A stretch of 64,000 nucleotides of DNA from Methylocystaceae bacterium UBA5192 (GCA_002412985.1 DHWC01000036.1:20385-84384), one strand, 5' to 3'; positions 51,847 to 62,384 are shown, counted from the stretch's first letter. Notes: a model not told the origin generated them from the sequence alone. Numbers and translations: made by a program.

Positions 51847-53316
51847 ATGAATTTTACTGATTTGGGCCTTTCAGAGAAGGTTCTGGCTGCTGTTCAGGCC
51901 TCTGGCTACACAACGCCAACGCCGATTCAAACGCAGGCCATTCCGCCAGCACTTCAAGGTAAAGATATTTTGGGCATTGCCCAGACGGGTACAGGCAAAA
52001 CAGCTGCATTTACTTTACCTATGCTCAGTCGACTTGAAATGGGTCGCGCGCGCGCAAGAGTGCCGCGCACGTTAATCCTCGAACCAACGCGCGAACTCGC
52101 AGCTCAAGTAGAGGAGAGTTTTGCAAAATATGGCGTTAACCACCGTCTCAATGTGGCGTTGCTCATAGGTGGCGTTTCATTTGGGGACCAAGAGGCAAAA
52201 ATCATGCGCGGGGCCGATGTCCTGATTGCGACACCGGGTCGACTGCTTGATTTTTTTGATCGTGGCAAACTCCTTCTCACAGGAATAGAAATTCTCGTAA
52301 TCGATGAAGCTGACCGTATGTTGGATATGGGCTTCATTCCCGATATCGAGCGTATCTGCAAGCTCGTGCCATTTACGCGTCAAACACTTTTCTTTTCAGC
52401 CACGATGCCTCCGGAAATTACTCGGTTAACTGAAGCTTTTTTACACAATCCAGTCCGGATCGAGGTTGCTCGCGCGTCGACAACTGCCTCAACAATACGT
52501 CAGGCGCTGGTTGCTTCGCACGGAGCCGCAGATAAGCGTGAGACTTTACGAAGGTTAATCCGCGAGGCCGAAAATTTAAAAAATGCGATTATTTTTTGTA
52601 ATCGCAAGCGGGATGTTGCGATCGTTCATCGGTCATTGCAAAAGCATGGCTTTTCTGCTGGAGCCCTGCATGGCGACATGGATCAATTGGCTAGAATGGC
52701 TTCACTTGAGGCTTTTAAGACCGGAGATGTGTCTCTCCTCGTTTGTTCTGACGTCGCTGCCCGCGGGCTTGATATTCCTGATGTCGGTCACGTCTTTAAT
52801 TTCGATGTGCCGACACATAGCGAGGATTATGTTCATCGAATAGGCAGAACGGGACGCGCAGGTCGATCAGGCGTTGCTCTGACTATCGTTACACAAGACG
52901 ACGGTAAATATATTGATCAAATTCAATCCTTGATTGGCGAGCCGATCAGTTGGGAAGGCCCTTCTTTTCAAGAGCTCCCTGAGCCTATGATCCGGCGCGA
53001 AGTGCATGAGTCCCGGGGCGACAGAGGCTCACGCACGCGAGAAGGAGGCGATCGGATCGGTCGACGGATGCGGCCCTCCCGCCCGGAGACGCCCCTCGAG
53101 CGCGAGAATCCCATTACACAAATGGGGGCCTTTTCGCCAAAGGGCTATGATCGAGAATTTACTCGACAGCGTCCTGTCGCCGATGAGAGGCGACAGCGAC
53201 TTCCTCGCAGACATTTTGAGGATGATGGACCGCCCGTTATTGGTTTGGGCGATCATGTGCCGTCATTTTTGCTGCGTCCAGTTACCTTAAAATCGGAGCC
53301 TGTTACAGAAGAGTAA
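51847..53316 (+). CDS. DEAD-box RNA helicase (RhlE-like)
   Basis: Q motif PTPIQ, AQTGTGKT, PTRELA, TPGRL, DEADRM, SAT, ARGLD, HRIGRTGRAG, Arg-rich tail. Confidence 0.96.
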   Translation: MNFTDLGLSEKVLAAVQASGYTTPTPIQTQAIPPALQGKDILGIAQTGTGKTAAFTLPMLSRLEMGRARARVPRTLILEPTRELAAQVEESFAKYGVNHRLNVALLIGGVSFGDQEAKIMRGADVLIATPGRLLDFFDRGKLLLTGIEILVIDEADRMLDMGFIPDIERICKLVPFTRQTLFFSATMPPEITRLTEAFLHNPVRIEVARASTTASTIRQALVASHGAADKRETLRRLIREAENLKNAIIFCNRKRDVAIVHRSLQKHGFSAGALHGDMDQLARMASLEAFKTGDVSLLVCSDVAARGLDIPDVGHVFNFDVPTHSEDYVHRIGRTGRAGRSGVALTIVTQDDGKYIDQIQSLIGEPISWEGPSFQELPEPMIRREVHESRGDRGSRTREGGDRIGRRMRPSRPETPLERENPITQMGAFSPKGYDREFTRQRPVADERRQRLPRRHFEDDGPPVIGLGDHVPSFLLRPVTLKSEPVTEE

Positions 53317-53323
53317 GCCTTCC

Positions 53324-53758
53324 TCAGGCGTTAAAAGGCGTCAGCGCCGCTCTTATTTTTTCTGCTTGCGCAGCCAATATGGCGTCGTCCGCCATAGCCC
53401 CAGGCGGGCGTAACGCTACCCCCTCCCATCGTGGCAAGATATGAAAATGCAGGTGGAAAATAACCTGTCCGCCTGCACTTTCCGTAAATTGATGCAAGGT
53501 GACGCCATCGGCGTCAAGCGCCTCTTTTACCGCCCGAGCAACATGCTGCACGCGTTTGATGAGCTCTGCCAAAGTATGCGTCGAAACGTCGAGAAGACCT
53601 CTGGCGCCATCTTTGGGAATGACAAGGACATGACCTTCTGCGCGTGGCATAATGTCCATAAAAGCCAGGGACATTTCGTCCTCATAGACCTTATGCGAAG
53701 GAATTTCTCCTCGAAGGATCTTTCCGAAGATATTGTTGGGATCGTAAGCTTCTGTCAT
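53324..53758 (-). CDS. HIT family nucleotide hydrolase
   Basis: NIFGKILRGEIP, AFMDIMP, GHVLVIPK, histidine triad HLHFH. Confidence 0.94.
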   Translation of the reverse strand: MTEAYDPNNIFGKILRGEIPSHKVYEDEMSLAFMDIMPRAEGHVLVIPKDGARGLLDVSTHTLAELIKRVQHVARAVKEALDADGVTLHQFTESAGGQVIFHLHFHILPRWEGVALRPPGAMADDAILAAQAEKIRAALTPFNA

Positions 53759-53767
53759 GTTGCACTC

Positions 53768-54631
53768 TTAATCCCCATAATCAAAAGCCCGAATATTCGT
53801 TACCCGAAAATTTGCCGCCGGATAGACACCGACGATTTCTAATTCCTTTGAAAAAAACGATAACTCTTCGAGCGCGCGACTTAAAGCAGGTTGATGCGGA
53901 TGGCCATCAACATCTACAAGAAAGCGTGTCGCAGCAAACTCGCCATCTACCATGTAACTCTCAAGTCTCGTCATATTGACGCCATTAGTCGCAAATCCAC
54001 CTAGGGCTTTGTAGAGTGCAGCGGGCACGTTCCGCACTCGGAAAATAAATGTCGTGATTGTAGCGGGACAATCTTTTGACGCCCAATTTTTCGTTTTAGA
54101 TAACACAACGAAGCGCGTTGTATTATGGGCTTCATCTTCTACGTTATTGGCTAAAATATCTAGGCCATAGATTTCAGCCGCCAGTAAGGGCGCTAATGCC
54201 GCTTTTTGCGGGTCATTCCATTCAGCGACTTCCCGCGCAGCGCCAGCGGTATCTCCGGCAGTAAAGGCATTGAGACCAAGATCTCGAATAATCTTACGAC
54301 ATTGTCCAAGCGCATGTATGTGACTGTAGACGTTTTTCAATCCTTCTCGGGTAGCGCCTTTTGGCGCCATGAGGTGGAAATGAACGGGAAGAAAAAACTC
54401 ATCAACAATATGTAAAGATGATTTTGGCAAAAAATGATGAATATCTGCAACGCGACCAGCAATCGAATTTTCGATCGGAATCATCGCAAGTTGGGCGCGT
54501 TCTTCAGAGACTGCGGCAAAAGCGTCTTCAAATGTTGCGCAGGGTAGGGGAGTCAGGTCAGGATAAGCCTCGCGGCAAGCGATATCAGAGTTGGCGCCAG
54601 GTTCTCCCTGAAAGGCGATGAATTGTGTCAC
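53768..54631 (-). CDS. pheA: Prephenate dehydratase
   Basis: FQGEPGANS, PIENSIAG, SHIHALGQC, NTTRF, ACT domain GVNMTRLES. Confidence 0.95.
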   Translation of the reverse strand: MTQFIAFQGEPGANSDIACREAYPDLTPLPCATFEDAFAAVSEERAQLAMIPIENSIAGRVADIHHFLPKSSLHIVDEFFLPVHFHLMAPKGATREGLKNVYSHIHALGQCRKIIRDLGLNAFTAGDTAGAAREVAEWNDPQKAALAPLLAAEIYGLDILANNVEDEAHNTTRFVVLSKTKNWASKDCPATITTFIFRVRNVPAALYKALGGFATNGVNMTRLESYMVDGEFAATRFLVDVDGHPHQPALSRALEELSFFSKELEIVGVYPAANFRVTNIRAFDYGD

Positions 54632-54639
54632 GATCTATC

Positions 54640-55374
54640 CTAGTCAGCCAATCCAAAAGTCAAAGTCTCTATATCTTTATATGTATCGACTGATAACCCA
54701 GAATGATCCACCAGGGCTAGATCGATACGCATGCCGGCTTCTAAAGCGCGTAATTGTTCGAGCCTTTCTCGGACTTCAAGCGGCGAGGGCGCTAATTTGC
54801 TAAAGCGCGATAGGCTGTCTCGTTTAAAGGCATATACGCCAATATGCTGAAGCAAAGGGCCTTCTCCCCAGGGCGCAGGCGCTCGCGTAAAATATAATGC
54901 TCTGGCGCGACGAGAACTTTCCAGCGCGGCGATGACTTTAACAATATTGGGATCATTCACTTGAGTTGGCGTGAAGCGGACCGCTAGCGTCCCAATATCG
55001 ACCTCAGGGTTGTCAAGGAGCGCTATGGCCTGGTTCAGCGCATTACGGGAAAGGCCAAATTGATCTCCTTGAAGATTGATGATTTTTCCATATTGTCCGT
55101 CAGGGTCAAGGCATGTGAGGGCTTCAAAAATACGATCGCTTCCAGAAGCATGATCTAAGCGCGTTATGAGCGCATTCCCTCCCGCATCGAGAATGATTTT
55201 TGCAACCGTCTCACTATCTGTCGCAACATAAACAGGGGCGATGTCAGCTTCTTGAGCTTGACGCCAGACATGTAAAATCAAAGGATCGCCGTTGATTTTC
55301 AACAGCGGTTTTGATGGGAGACGTTTAGACCCCACTCGTGCCGGGATTATGATGACTGGCGCATTCCGCGCCAT
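54640..55374 (-). CDS. kdsB: 3-deoxy-manno-octulosonate cytidylyltransferase
   Basis: IIPARVGSKRLPSKPL, VATD, SGSDR, NLQGD, HIGVYAF, LEQLRALE, SVDT. Confidence 0.93.
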   Translation of the reverse strand: MARNAPVIIIPARVGSKRLPSKPLLKINGDPLILHVWRQAQEADIAPVYVATDSETVAKIILDAGGNALITRLDHASGSDRIFEALTCLDPDGQYGKIINLQGDQFGLSRNALNQAIALLDNPEVDIGTLAVRFTPTQVNDPNIVKVIAALESSRRARALYFTRAPAPWGEGPLLQHIGVYAFKRDSLSRFSKLAPSPLEVRERLEQLRALEAGMRIDLALVDHSGLSVDTYKDIETLTFGLAD

Positions 55375-55378
55375 CAGA

Positions 55379-55783
55379 TCAGTAGACGTTATTATCTTCG
55401 GCAGTCCAGCCCTTGTCGGATTTTACGAAATGGAGCGTGCCTTCACTCGTCAGGATTTCACTTTTTGCAAAAGTTCTATCCTCTCCAATACCCAGAAAAG
55501 CGCATTTGCCTCTCTCGAGTTCTTCTTTGCACTTAGCTTCGAAACCTTCAGGAAATTGTATTTCCGCTTCATACATCAGTTCAAAAGCATTGAGCGCATC
55601 TCGTTTGAGCTCTTTGCCTTGCACTTTTTTAAAAGAAACAATTTTTGCTGCAACACCGTTTTTTTCTAAAATATTACGTAAAACCTTTGCTCCCGTTGCG
55701 TCGCCGGGCAGATGATCACCGCAGCCAGCTAAGCTAAGCGTGGCTGCTAACGCCAATAAAAACTGCGTATTCTTAGTGATCAT
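55379..55783 (-). CDS. Hypothetical lipoprotein
   Basis: GGAGGA RBS and lipobox LAGC. Confidence 0.8.
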   Translation of the reverse strand: MITKNTQFLLALAATLSLAGCGDHLPGDATGAKVLRNILEKNGVAAKIVSFKKVQGKELKRDALNAFELMYEAEIQFPEGFEAKCKEELERGKCAFLGIGEDRTFAKSEILTSEGTLHFVKSDKGWTAEDNNVY

Positions 55784-56029
55784 AATTTCCTCCGAAACCA
55801 CATGTGCGTCAGGACGACTAATGCCTAACTAGAGCAAGAAACAAGATTTTCCATTGGCCTGAGATTTGGGCCTGAAGACCCCTCAGGTGAAGCGCGGCTT
55901 TGAGGGGCTCTACTTAGACCGAGAGTTGATTTTTTGGCCGGCGAGAGTAACCTGACCAAGGTCAAGAAATTAGACATTTTAAGCCTTCGTCGAAGCTGAC
56001 GCGCGAGGCAAAATAAGGGCTTATTGCAT

Positions 56030-56134
56030 ACCCTACGGAGCGCTCAGGTCCGCCGCATCTCCTGGGTCCGTGGGGTTGGTCGGCTGGCGATGGCGGGAGT
56101 GGCCTCCTTGAAGCCATCGTCAGTCGGCCGCCTT
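56030..56134 (+). ncRNA. Candidate structured small RNA (ends approximate)
   Basis: GC-rich intergenic island with a 17-bp helix (56078-94/56113-29) containing three G-U pairs that form only on the + strand. Confidence 0.55.
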
Positions 56135-56184
56135 GATGTAAAAAATCAAAAAAATCAATTTGTTGCAGATATGACGCAACCGTC

Positions 56185-56352
56185 TTATTTGATCTTGGTT
56201 TCTTTGAATTCAACATGCTTTCTTACGACAGGGTCGTATTTTTTAAATACAAGCTTTTCTGTCTTGGTGCGCGCATTTTTCTTCGTGACATAGAAAAAAC
56301 CCGTGTCTGCCGATGACAGGAGCTTAATCTTAATCATGGCGGATTTAGCCAT
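56185..56352 (-). CDS. rpmG: 50S ribosomal protein L33 (55 aa, not in ORF track)
   Basis: Manual translation [55 protein letters not shown]. Confidence 0.97.
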   Translation of the reverse strand: MAKSAMIKIKLLSSADTGFFYVTKKNARTKTEKLVFKKYDPVVRKHVEFKETKIK

Positions 56353-56446
56353 TTTCTAATCCATTTCAAATAAAAAAGAACCAGCCCGCGCGAGATTGTC
56401 GGCAGGTTTTGGAATTGGCCGCAACATACGTCGAAGACCGAGGATG

Positions 56447-58735
56447 TCAAGTGCGGCCTCGTCTCCTTCTTTCATTTTCTAACTTGTTGTCTCTTTGCTG
56501 TTTTCGTCGTTTTGAGACGGAGTTCTTGGGGAAATTTTTGGCAGGCGTTCTTTTGACGCCCCCATCAACGACTTCAAAGCGGAGCGCGCCCGCGATGGGC
56601 GCGGCTTCAACTAATTTGACGATGATTTGATCAGCTAACCTGTAGCTTACGCCGGAACGGGAACTGAGCGCATGGGCTCTTTCATCAAAGGCGTAATATT
56701 CACGACCAAGCGTCGCCGCAGGCACAAATCCATCCGCTCCCGTATCTAATAATCTTACAAAGAGCCCAACGCGGGTGACGCCTGAGATACGCGCCTGAAA
56801 CTGGGCGCCAATTTTACCCATTAGATGATGCGCGATCAGGCGATCCACCGTTTCGCGTTCAGCGGCCATCGCGCGCCGTTCTGCTGCTGAGATCCGCGCT
56901 GCGATCTCTGCAAGCTCTTGCGGCGATGTCTCTGGCAGTGCGCCTTCGCCGATATTCAGCGCACGGATAAGCGCTCTATGCACAATCAGATCTGCATAAC
57001 GTCTAATAGGCGAGGTAAAATGAGCGTATCGACGAAGATTGAGCCCAAAATGTCCGTAGTTTTCATGGGTATATTCAGCTTGTGCCTGGGTACGTAGAAC
57101 AATCTCATTAACTATATTTTCGTGTTCCATCCCTTTGAGACGGGTAAGAATTGCATTGAAGTTTGCAGGCTTCAAAACTTGGCCTTTTGATAATTTTACG
57201 CCAATTGTGCCCAGAAACTCAGACAGTGCGGTGATTTTTTCACGTGAGGGTTCGTCATGCGCTCGGTAAATCAACTGCTGTCGGTGGGCTTCAAGCGTTT
57301 CCGCTGCTGCGACATTTGCCAAAATCATGAATTCTTCAATGAGCCGGTGAGCTTCAAGTCTTGGTGGGATGATGACGCGATCAAATGCGCCGTCTGGCGT
57401 TAAGAGAATTTTTCTTTCCGGCAAGTCGAGCTCAAGAGGGGCGCGGTTTCTTCTTTCGTGTTGAAGCGCCTCATGCGCCTTAAAAAGAGGACGCAAAACG
57501 TCGAGCAAGTTTGCGGTTATTTCATCTGGTCGACCGTCGATGGCATCCTGGGCTTGAGAATAGGAAAGCTTGGCGCGGGAACGGATCATCACACGATGAA
57601 ACTGATGGTCGATTTTCTTGCCCTGCGCAGTGACGCGTAATTTGACGGCTAGTGCAGGACGATCTTGATGAGCTTTCAGTGAGCAAAGATCATTCGAAAT
57701 TCTTTCTGGCAACATTGGCACGACGCGATCGGGAAAATAGACTGAATTTCCACGATCTAGGGCGTCGCGATCCAAAGATGAGCGGGGTTTAACGTAATAA
57801 GCAACATCTGCAATGGCGACGCATATAATAAATCCGCCATCATTATTCGTATCTGGATCTAAGATCGCATAAACAGCGTCATCATGATCCTTAGCATCAG
57901 GTGGATCAATGGTTATAAAAGACAAATCTCGCCAGTCTTCTCGATTTTGAAAAGTAGCTTCTCGTGCTTTTTCAGCTTCTAAAATTGTTTCGTCTTTGAA
58001 AATATCAGGGATGTCATGAGCGCGGATGGCGATAAGACTTAAGGCTTTTTCACTAGTAACAGATCCTAAGGTTTCCTTGATGCGTGCGCGTGTTTTATTA
58101 ATGTGCTCAATGCTAACAAGGTCTCCGTGCTTTCCTGGACCAATGTCATTTGGGCCGATGAGGATCTGTCTGCCGAGTTGTTTTTTATCTACTGGCGCGA
58201 CATAGGCTGATCCATTCGCTTCGATGTTTAAAACACCTAATATGCGATTGCGCGCCCGGGGCAGGATTTTAATGACGCGTCCGATATAGGGCGGGTCTTT
58301 TGCTCCTACATCTGGGTTGCGTTCAGCCCGAGCTAAAACGCGATCGCTTACTCCTGGTAGCGGTTGACCGGTTTTTGCGCGTCTGGGAGCGTGGATTAAT
58401 ATTCTGGGCGGCGGCCCCAATTCATCTTCATCCCACTCTACCGGAATAGCTATAAGCTCGCCGTCACGATCCCGTTCAATGATCTCAACAACTGCAACCG
58501 GCGGGAGTTTGCTTTTTCTCGCGATCAGTTTGCCTTGCTTTTCCAAGGCTCCTGTTTCAACCAGTTCTTTTAAGATGCGCTTAATCTCAAGTCGATGTTC
58601 GCCTTTTAAGCCGAAAGCTCGGGCGATTTCCCGGGTTCCGATGCGCGGTTCTTGACGTAATTGACTTTCTCGTTCGATAAAAGAAAGTATTTCATCGATT
58701 GATGGTATTTGTGCGTCGTGTTTTTTTATGGGCAA
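56447..58735 (-). CDS. rnr: Ribonuclease R
   Basis: TIDPPDAKDHDDA, VAIADV, RGNSVYFP, LIEEFMILAN, HFTSPIRRYADL, C-terminal S1 domain and basic tail. Confidence 0.96.
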   Translation of the reverse strand: MPIKKHDAQIPSIDEILSFIERESQLRQEPRIGTREIARAFGLKGEHRLEIKRILKELVETGALEKQGKLIARKSKLPPVAVVEIIERDRDGELIAIPVEWDEDELGPPPRILIHAPRRAKTGQPLPGVSDRVLARAERNPDVGAKDPPYIGRVIKILPRARNRILGVLNIEANGSAYVAPVDKKQLGRQILIGPNDIGPGKHGDLVSIEHINKTRARIKETLGSVTSEKALSLIAIRAHDIPDIFKDETILEAEKAREATFQNREDWRDLSFITIDPPDAKDHDDAVYAILDPDTNNDGGFIICVAIADVAYYVKPRSSLDRDALDRGNSVYFPDRVVPMLPERISNDLCSLKAHQDRPALAVKLRVTAQGKKIDHQFHRVMIRSRAKLSYSQAQDAIDGRPDEITANLLDVLRPLFKAHEALQHERRNRAPLELDLPERKILLTPDGAFDRVIIPPRLEAHRLIEEFMILANVAAAETLEAHRQQLIYRAHDEPSREKITALSEFLGTIGVKLSKGQVLKPANFNAILTRLKGMEHENIVNEIVLRTQAQAEYTHENYGHFGLNLRRYAHFTSPIRRYADLIVHRALIRALNIGEGALPETSPQELAEIAARISAAERRAMAAERETVDRLIAHHLMGKIGAQFQARISGVTRVGLFVRLLDTGADGFVPAATLGREYYAFDERAHALSSRSGVSYRLADQIIVKLVEAAPIAGALRFEVVDGGVKRTPAKNFPKNSVSKRRKQQRDNKLENERRRRGRT

Positions 58736-58824
58736 ATGTGAACTCTAAAAATAGTTTTGTGGAATCATCAGAATCATATGCTCATTTAAGCTACTCTTTA
58801 GCTGATTGAACTCGTCGAGTTGAT

Positions 58825-61704
58825 TTACTTTCCTGAAGCTTTTTTAGCAGGCGTTTTTTTCTTGGCAGTTTTTTTAGCGGGCGCTTTTTTAGCTGGCGTT
58901 TTACTTGGCTTTTTTTTATCAGCCGCTACGTCACTGCCGACATTATCAGTTTTCTTTTTCGGTTGAGAGGTTTTTTTAATCGCCGATTTTGTTTTTTTAA
59001 CCGGTCCTTTTGCGTCAATTAAGCTAATCGCTTCTTCTAAGGTTATCAAATCCGCCGTGAGATTGTTGGGGAGTGTTGCATTAATTTTCCCCAAATTGAC
59101 GTAAGGTCCATATCTTCCTGCTCGGACAGTGATTGCGCCGCCGTTAGGATGTTCTCCAAGTAAGCGGCCGCTAGTATTACTTCCCGAGGCCTTTGATGCT
59201 ATGAGTTCTAAGGCCTGTTCTAAGGTCAAAGCATTTGGATCGACGGCGCGTGGGATCGTGGCGTTAACCTTGCCCCAATTCACATAAGGTCCAAATCTTC
59301 CGGCCTTTACAGACACGTTGCCGCCATCAGGGTGGTCGCCAAGCGATCTTCCAGGTTCTGATGCGCCTGAAAATCTTGACCCGCCGCCGCCAGATTCTTT
59401 TTGCACGATTAAATCAATCGCCCGATTGGCTCCGATCGTGAGCACATCGTCGTCTCGACCGATATTTGCGTATGTTTTACCATGCTGCACATAGGGCCCA
59501 TAACGCCCAATATTGGCTAGGATAGGCTCGCCCGAAGTAGGATGTTTGGCGACTTCCCGTGGCAGTGAGAGTAGGGCGAGGGCTTGTTGCAAGGTTAGTT
59601 CGTCGGCTCGAATATTTTTAGGTAACGAGGCGCGTTTGGGTTTTTCTGAGGATCCTTCCTCCTGTTCGCCCTCTTGAACATAGGCGCCAAAGCGGCCATC
59701 GCGCAGACTAATTTCAGCGCCAGTTTCTGGATCTTGACCCAATACTTTTACGCCGGGCTGCGCCCCTTGCTGCGCTTCGCCATTGGGCGGGGTTAAGGTG
59801 CGCGTAAAGCGGCATTCAGGATAATTTGAACAGCCGATGAATGCGCCAAACTTTCCAACCTTCAGAGACAGTTGACCATTGCTGCATGAAGGGCAGCCGC
59901 GCGGATCCCCGCCGCCTTCCTTAGCTGGAAAAATATGAGGGCCGAGGAGTTCGTTTAGGCTATCGAGAACTTGCGTCGTTCGGAGTTCTTTTGTTTCATT
60001 TACAGCGAGAGAAAAATCTTTCCAAAATTCTCGAAGAACCTCTTTCCAGTTCAGCTCATTATTCGAGACGAGATCAAGTTTTTCCTCAAGACTAGCCGTA
60101 AAATCAAACTCAACGTAGCGCGAAAAGAAACTTTCAAGAAAGGCGACAACGAGGCGGCCCTTATCTTCTGGCATGAGCCTCTTTTTATCTAACCTCACAT
60201 AATCGCGATCCCTGAGGACACCGAGCGTTGAGGCGTAGGTAGAGGGACGGCCAATTCCAAGTTCTTCCATTCGTTTCACCAGAGTGGCCTCTGTAAAACG
60301 TGGTGGAGGCTCTGTGAAATGCTGAGAGGCTTCTATTTTTTCTCGAGTAAGCTGTTCATTTTCAGCCATCAAGGGTAAGCGACCGCTGTCTTCGTCAGCG
60401 TCATCATCGCGGCCTTCTTGATAAAGCTCAAGAAAACCAGCAAAACGCACGACTTGACCAGTTGCGCGAAGATCAATCTTTCGTGCGCCTGCGATTGCAT
60501 CAATTTCTACTGTCGTGCGCTCTATTTCAGCCGACTCCATCTGGCTCGCAATTGTTCGAACCCAAATCAGCTCATATAATTTTGCTTGCTCCGGCTCGAG
60601 ATATTTCGCCATGTTCTTTGGGAGACGCGCCGCATCAGTAGGACGAATGGCTTCATGCGCTTCTTGTGCATTTTTCGCTTTAGCCATGTATTTGCGGGGC
60701 GCTTTTGGGACAAAACGCGCGCCATATTCTTTTTTAATAACATCACGGACGCTTGCGACCGCTTCAGGCGCCATATCCACGCCATCTGTTCGCATATATG
60801 TAATAAGACCGGCTGTTTCGCCGCCTATATCCACCCCTTCATAGAGACGTTGAGCAATCCTCATCGTTACAGCTGGAGCGAGCCCGAGCTTGCGTGAAGC
60901 CTCTTGTTGCAGCGTTGAGGTTGTGAATGGGGCGTAAGGGTTGCGTTTGATAGGTTTGGCTTCAATTGACCGCACCTTAAAGGTAGCGCGATCAAGCGCG
61001 GATTTAAAATCCTCTGCGACGCTGGCTTCATTAATATCCAGCCGGGTAATTTTATTTCCATCAGCCCCAACTAAACGGGCGGTAAAGAGTTCATTTGCGG
61101 ATGTTTTGAGATGCGCGACAAGCGACCAATATTCGCGCGGAATAAATTTTTCGATCTCTAATTCGCGGTCGCAGACAAGACGGAGAGCGACAGATTGAAC
61201 GCGTCCAGCCGATCGTGACCCTGGAAGTTTGCGCCATAATACGGGAGAGAGCGTGAAACCCACGAGGTAATCAAGAGCGCGTCTTGCGAGATAGGCATCT
61301 ACCAGCGCTTGATCAATTTCCCGTGGGTGCGCCATAGCCTCTTTAATGGCGTCTTTTGTGACGGCATTGAAAACGACCCGTTCAATTTTCTTATCTTTAA
61401 GAACGCGCTTTTTGTTTAAGATATCGAGCAGATGCCATGAAATTGCTTCTCCCTCTCGATCGGGATCGGTAGCCAGGATTACTTTTTCCGCGCCTTTTAC
61501 GGCGTCGGCAATGGCTGAGACGCGCTTGGCTCCTTTGGCGTCCATTTCCCATAACATAGAGAAATCATTTTCAGGATCGACAGATCCATCTTTTGGGGGC
61601 AGGTCGCGAACATGCCCATAGCAAGCGATGACTTGAAAATCACGGCCAAGATACTTGTTAATTGTTTGCGCTTTAGCTGCGGACTCAACAATAACGACAT
61701 TCAT
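58825..61704 (-). CDS. topA: DNA topoisomerase I
   Basis: VIVES, GHVRDL, LATDPDREGEAI, SAGRVQS, LITYMRTD, AHEAIRPT, GIGRPSTY, one Zn ribbon, GR(F/Y)G(P/A)YV C-terminal repeats, Lys-rich tail. Confidence 0.98.
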   Translation of the reverse strand: MNVVIVESAAKAQTINKYLGRDFQVIACYGHVRDLPPKDGSVDPENDFSMLWEMDAKGAKRVSAIADAVKGAEKVILATDPDREGEAISWHLLDILNKKRVLKDKKIERVVFNAVTKDAIKEAMAHPREIDQALVDAYLARRALDYLVGFTLSPVLWRKLPGSRSAGRVQSVALRLVCDRELEIEKFIPREYWSLVAHLKTSANELFTARLVGADGNKITRLDINEASVAEDFKSALDRATFKVRSIEAKPIKRNPYAPFTTSTLQQEASRKLGLAPAVTMRIAQRLYEGVDIGGETAGLITYMRTDGVDMAPEAVASVRDVIKKEYGARFVPKAPRKYMAKAKNAQEAHEAIRPTDAARLPKNMAKYLEPEQAKLYELIWVRTIASQMESAEIERTTVEIDAIAGARKIDLRATGQVVRFAGFLELYQEGRDDDADEDSGRLPLMAENEQLTREKIEASQHFTEPPPRFTEATLVKRMEELGIGRPSTYASTLGVLRDRDYVRLDKKRLMPEDKGRLVVAFLESFFSRYVEFDFTASLEEKLDLVSNNELNWKEVLREFWKDFSLAVNETKELRTTQVLDSLNELLGPHIFPAKEGGGDPRGCPSCSNGQLSLKVGKFGAFIGCSNYPECRFTRTLTPPNGEAQQGAQPGVKVLGQDPETGAEISLRDGRFGAYVQEGEQEEGSSEKPKRASLPKNIRADELTLQQALALLSLPREVAKHPTSGEPILANIGRYGPYVQHGKTYANIGRDDDVLTIGANRAIDLIVQKESGGGGSRFSGASEPGRSLGDHPDGGNVSVKAGRFGPYVNWGKVNATIPRAVDPNALTLEQALELIASKASGSNTSGRLLGEHPNGGAITVRAGRYGPYVNLGKINATLPNNLTADLITLEEAISLIDAKGPVKKTKSAIKKTSQPKKKTDNVGSDVAADKKKPSKTPAKKAPAKKTAKKKTPAKKASGK

Positions 61705-61992
61705 TAATAATATATCCTAAACACACCGCAGCGCTCTGCGGGCGCGATAATTGGCCAGTCTGGCGGGCGGTAAATGGTCGCAAGCGACGGCCGCTGTCAA
61801 ATCTTGCCGCCAAGACCCCCACGACGCTCTCACGCCTAAGCAGGCGTCAAAAGATAACAAACTTAGTGATTTCATTGAATAAAAGAGCAAGCAAGCAGTC
61901 GCTTATCGCGATTAACGCCCGCTCTTGCCCCGCATCGGCCCCTCCTGTAAGAGCGGGCTCTGGTCAAGCGCAGTGCGCTTTGGTCATCGGAT

Positions 61993-62066
61993 GGCCTCGT
62001 GGCGGAGTGGCTACGCAGAGGACTGCAAATCCTTGTACTCCGGTTCGAATCCGGACGAGGCCTCCA
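61993..62066 (+). tRNA. tRNA-Cys (GCA)
   Basis: Acceptor stem GGCCTCG/CGAGGCC, anticodon loop CT-GCA-AA, T-loop GGTTCGAATCC, U73 discriminator and encoded CCA. Confidence 0.97.
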
Positions 62067-62174
62067 TTAACAACACCACCGGAGCAGAGCTTCAAGAATG
62101 CTGGCGATGATTTTGCTGGTGGTTGGACAGTTGCTGACGCTGAGGCGTTGGCGAGAGCTTGATCGGGAGGCTGA

Positions 62175-62378
62175 ATGTTACATGCGTTGATCGCTGAGGC
62201 TCAAACGCGTTTTGATGCCGCAACGCGAGAATTAAAGCAGGCGGCTTTAAATTTTGATGTCGCTGATGATGAGTTGCTTGAGTTAAGAGAGAAAGCGCGC
62301 AAGCTTCATGAGGAGCTCGCTGCCTTGGATCGGAAATTATTGAAAAAGGGTTTCTTTAGTTTTCTAAAATTTTGGTGA
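62175..62378 (+). CDS. Small coiled-coil hypothetical protein
   Basis: GGGAGG RBS, helical heptads and C-terminal KKGFFSFLKFW. Confidence 0.8.
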   Translation: MLHALIAEAQTRFDAATRELKQAALNFDVADDELLELREKARKLHEELAALDRKLLKKGFFSFLKFW

Positions 62379-62384
62379 CGTCAA

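Noticed and set aside
55962-56293. ORFs 55962-56216 (-) and 56024-56293 (+)
   Set aside because: They overlap rpmG and the structured RNA candidate and lack protein-like features.
61866-62162. ORFs 61866-62162 and 61925-62110
   Set aside because: They run through tRNA-Cys and are shadow ORFs.
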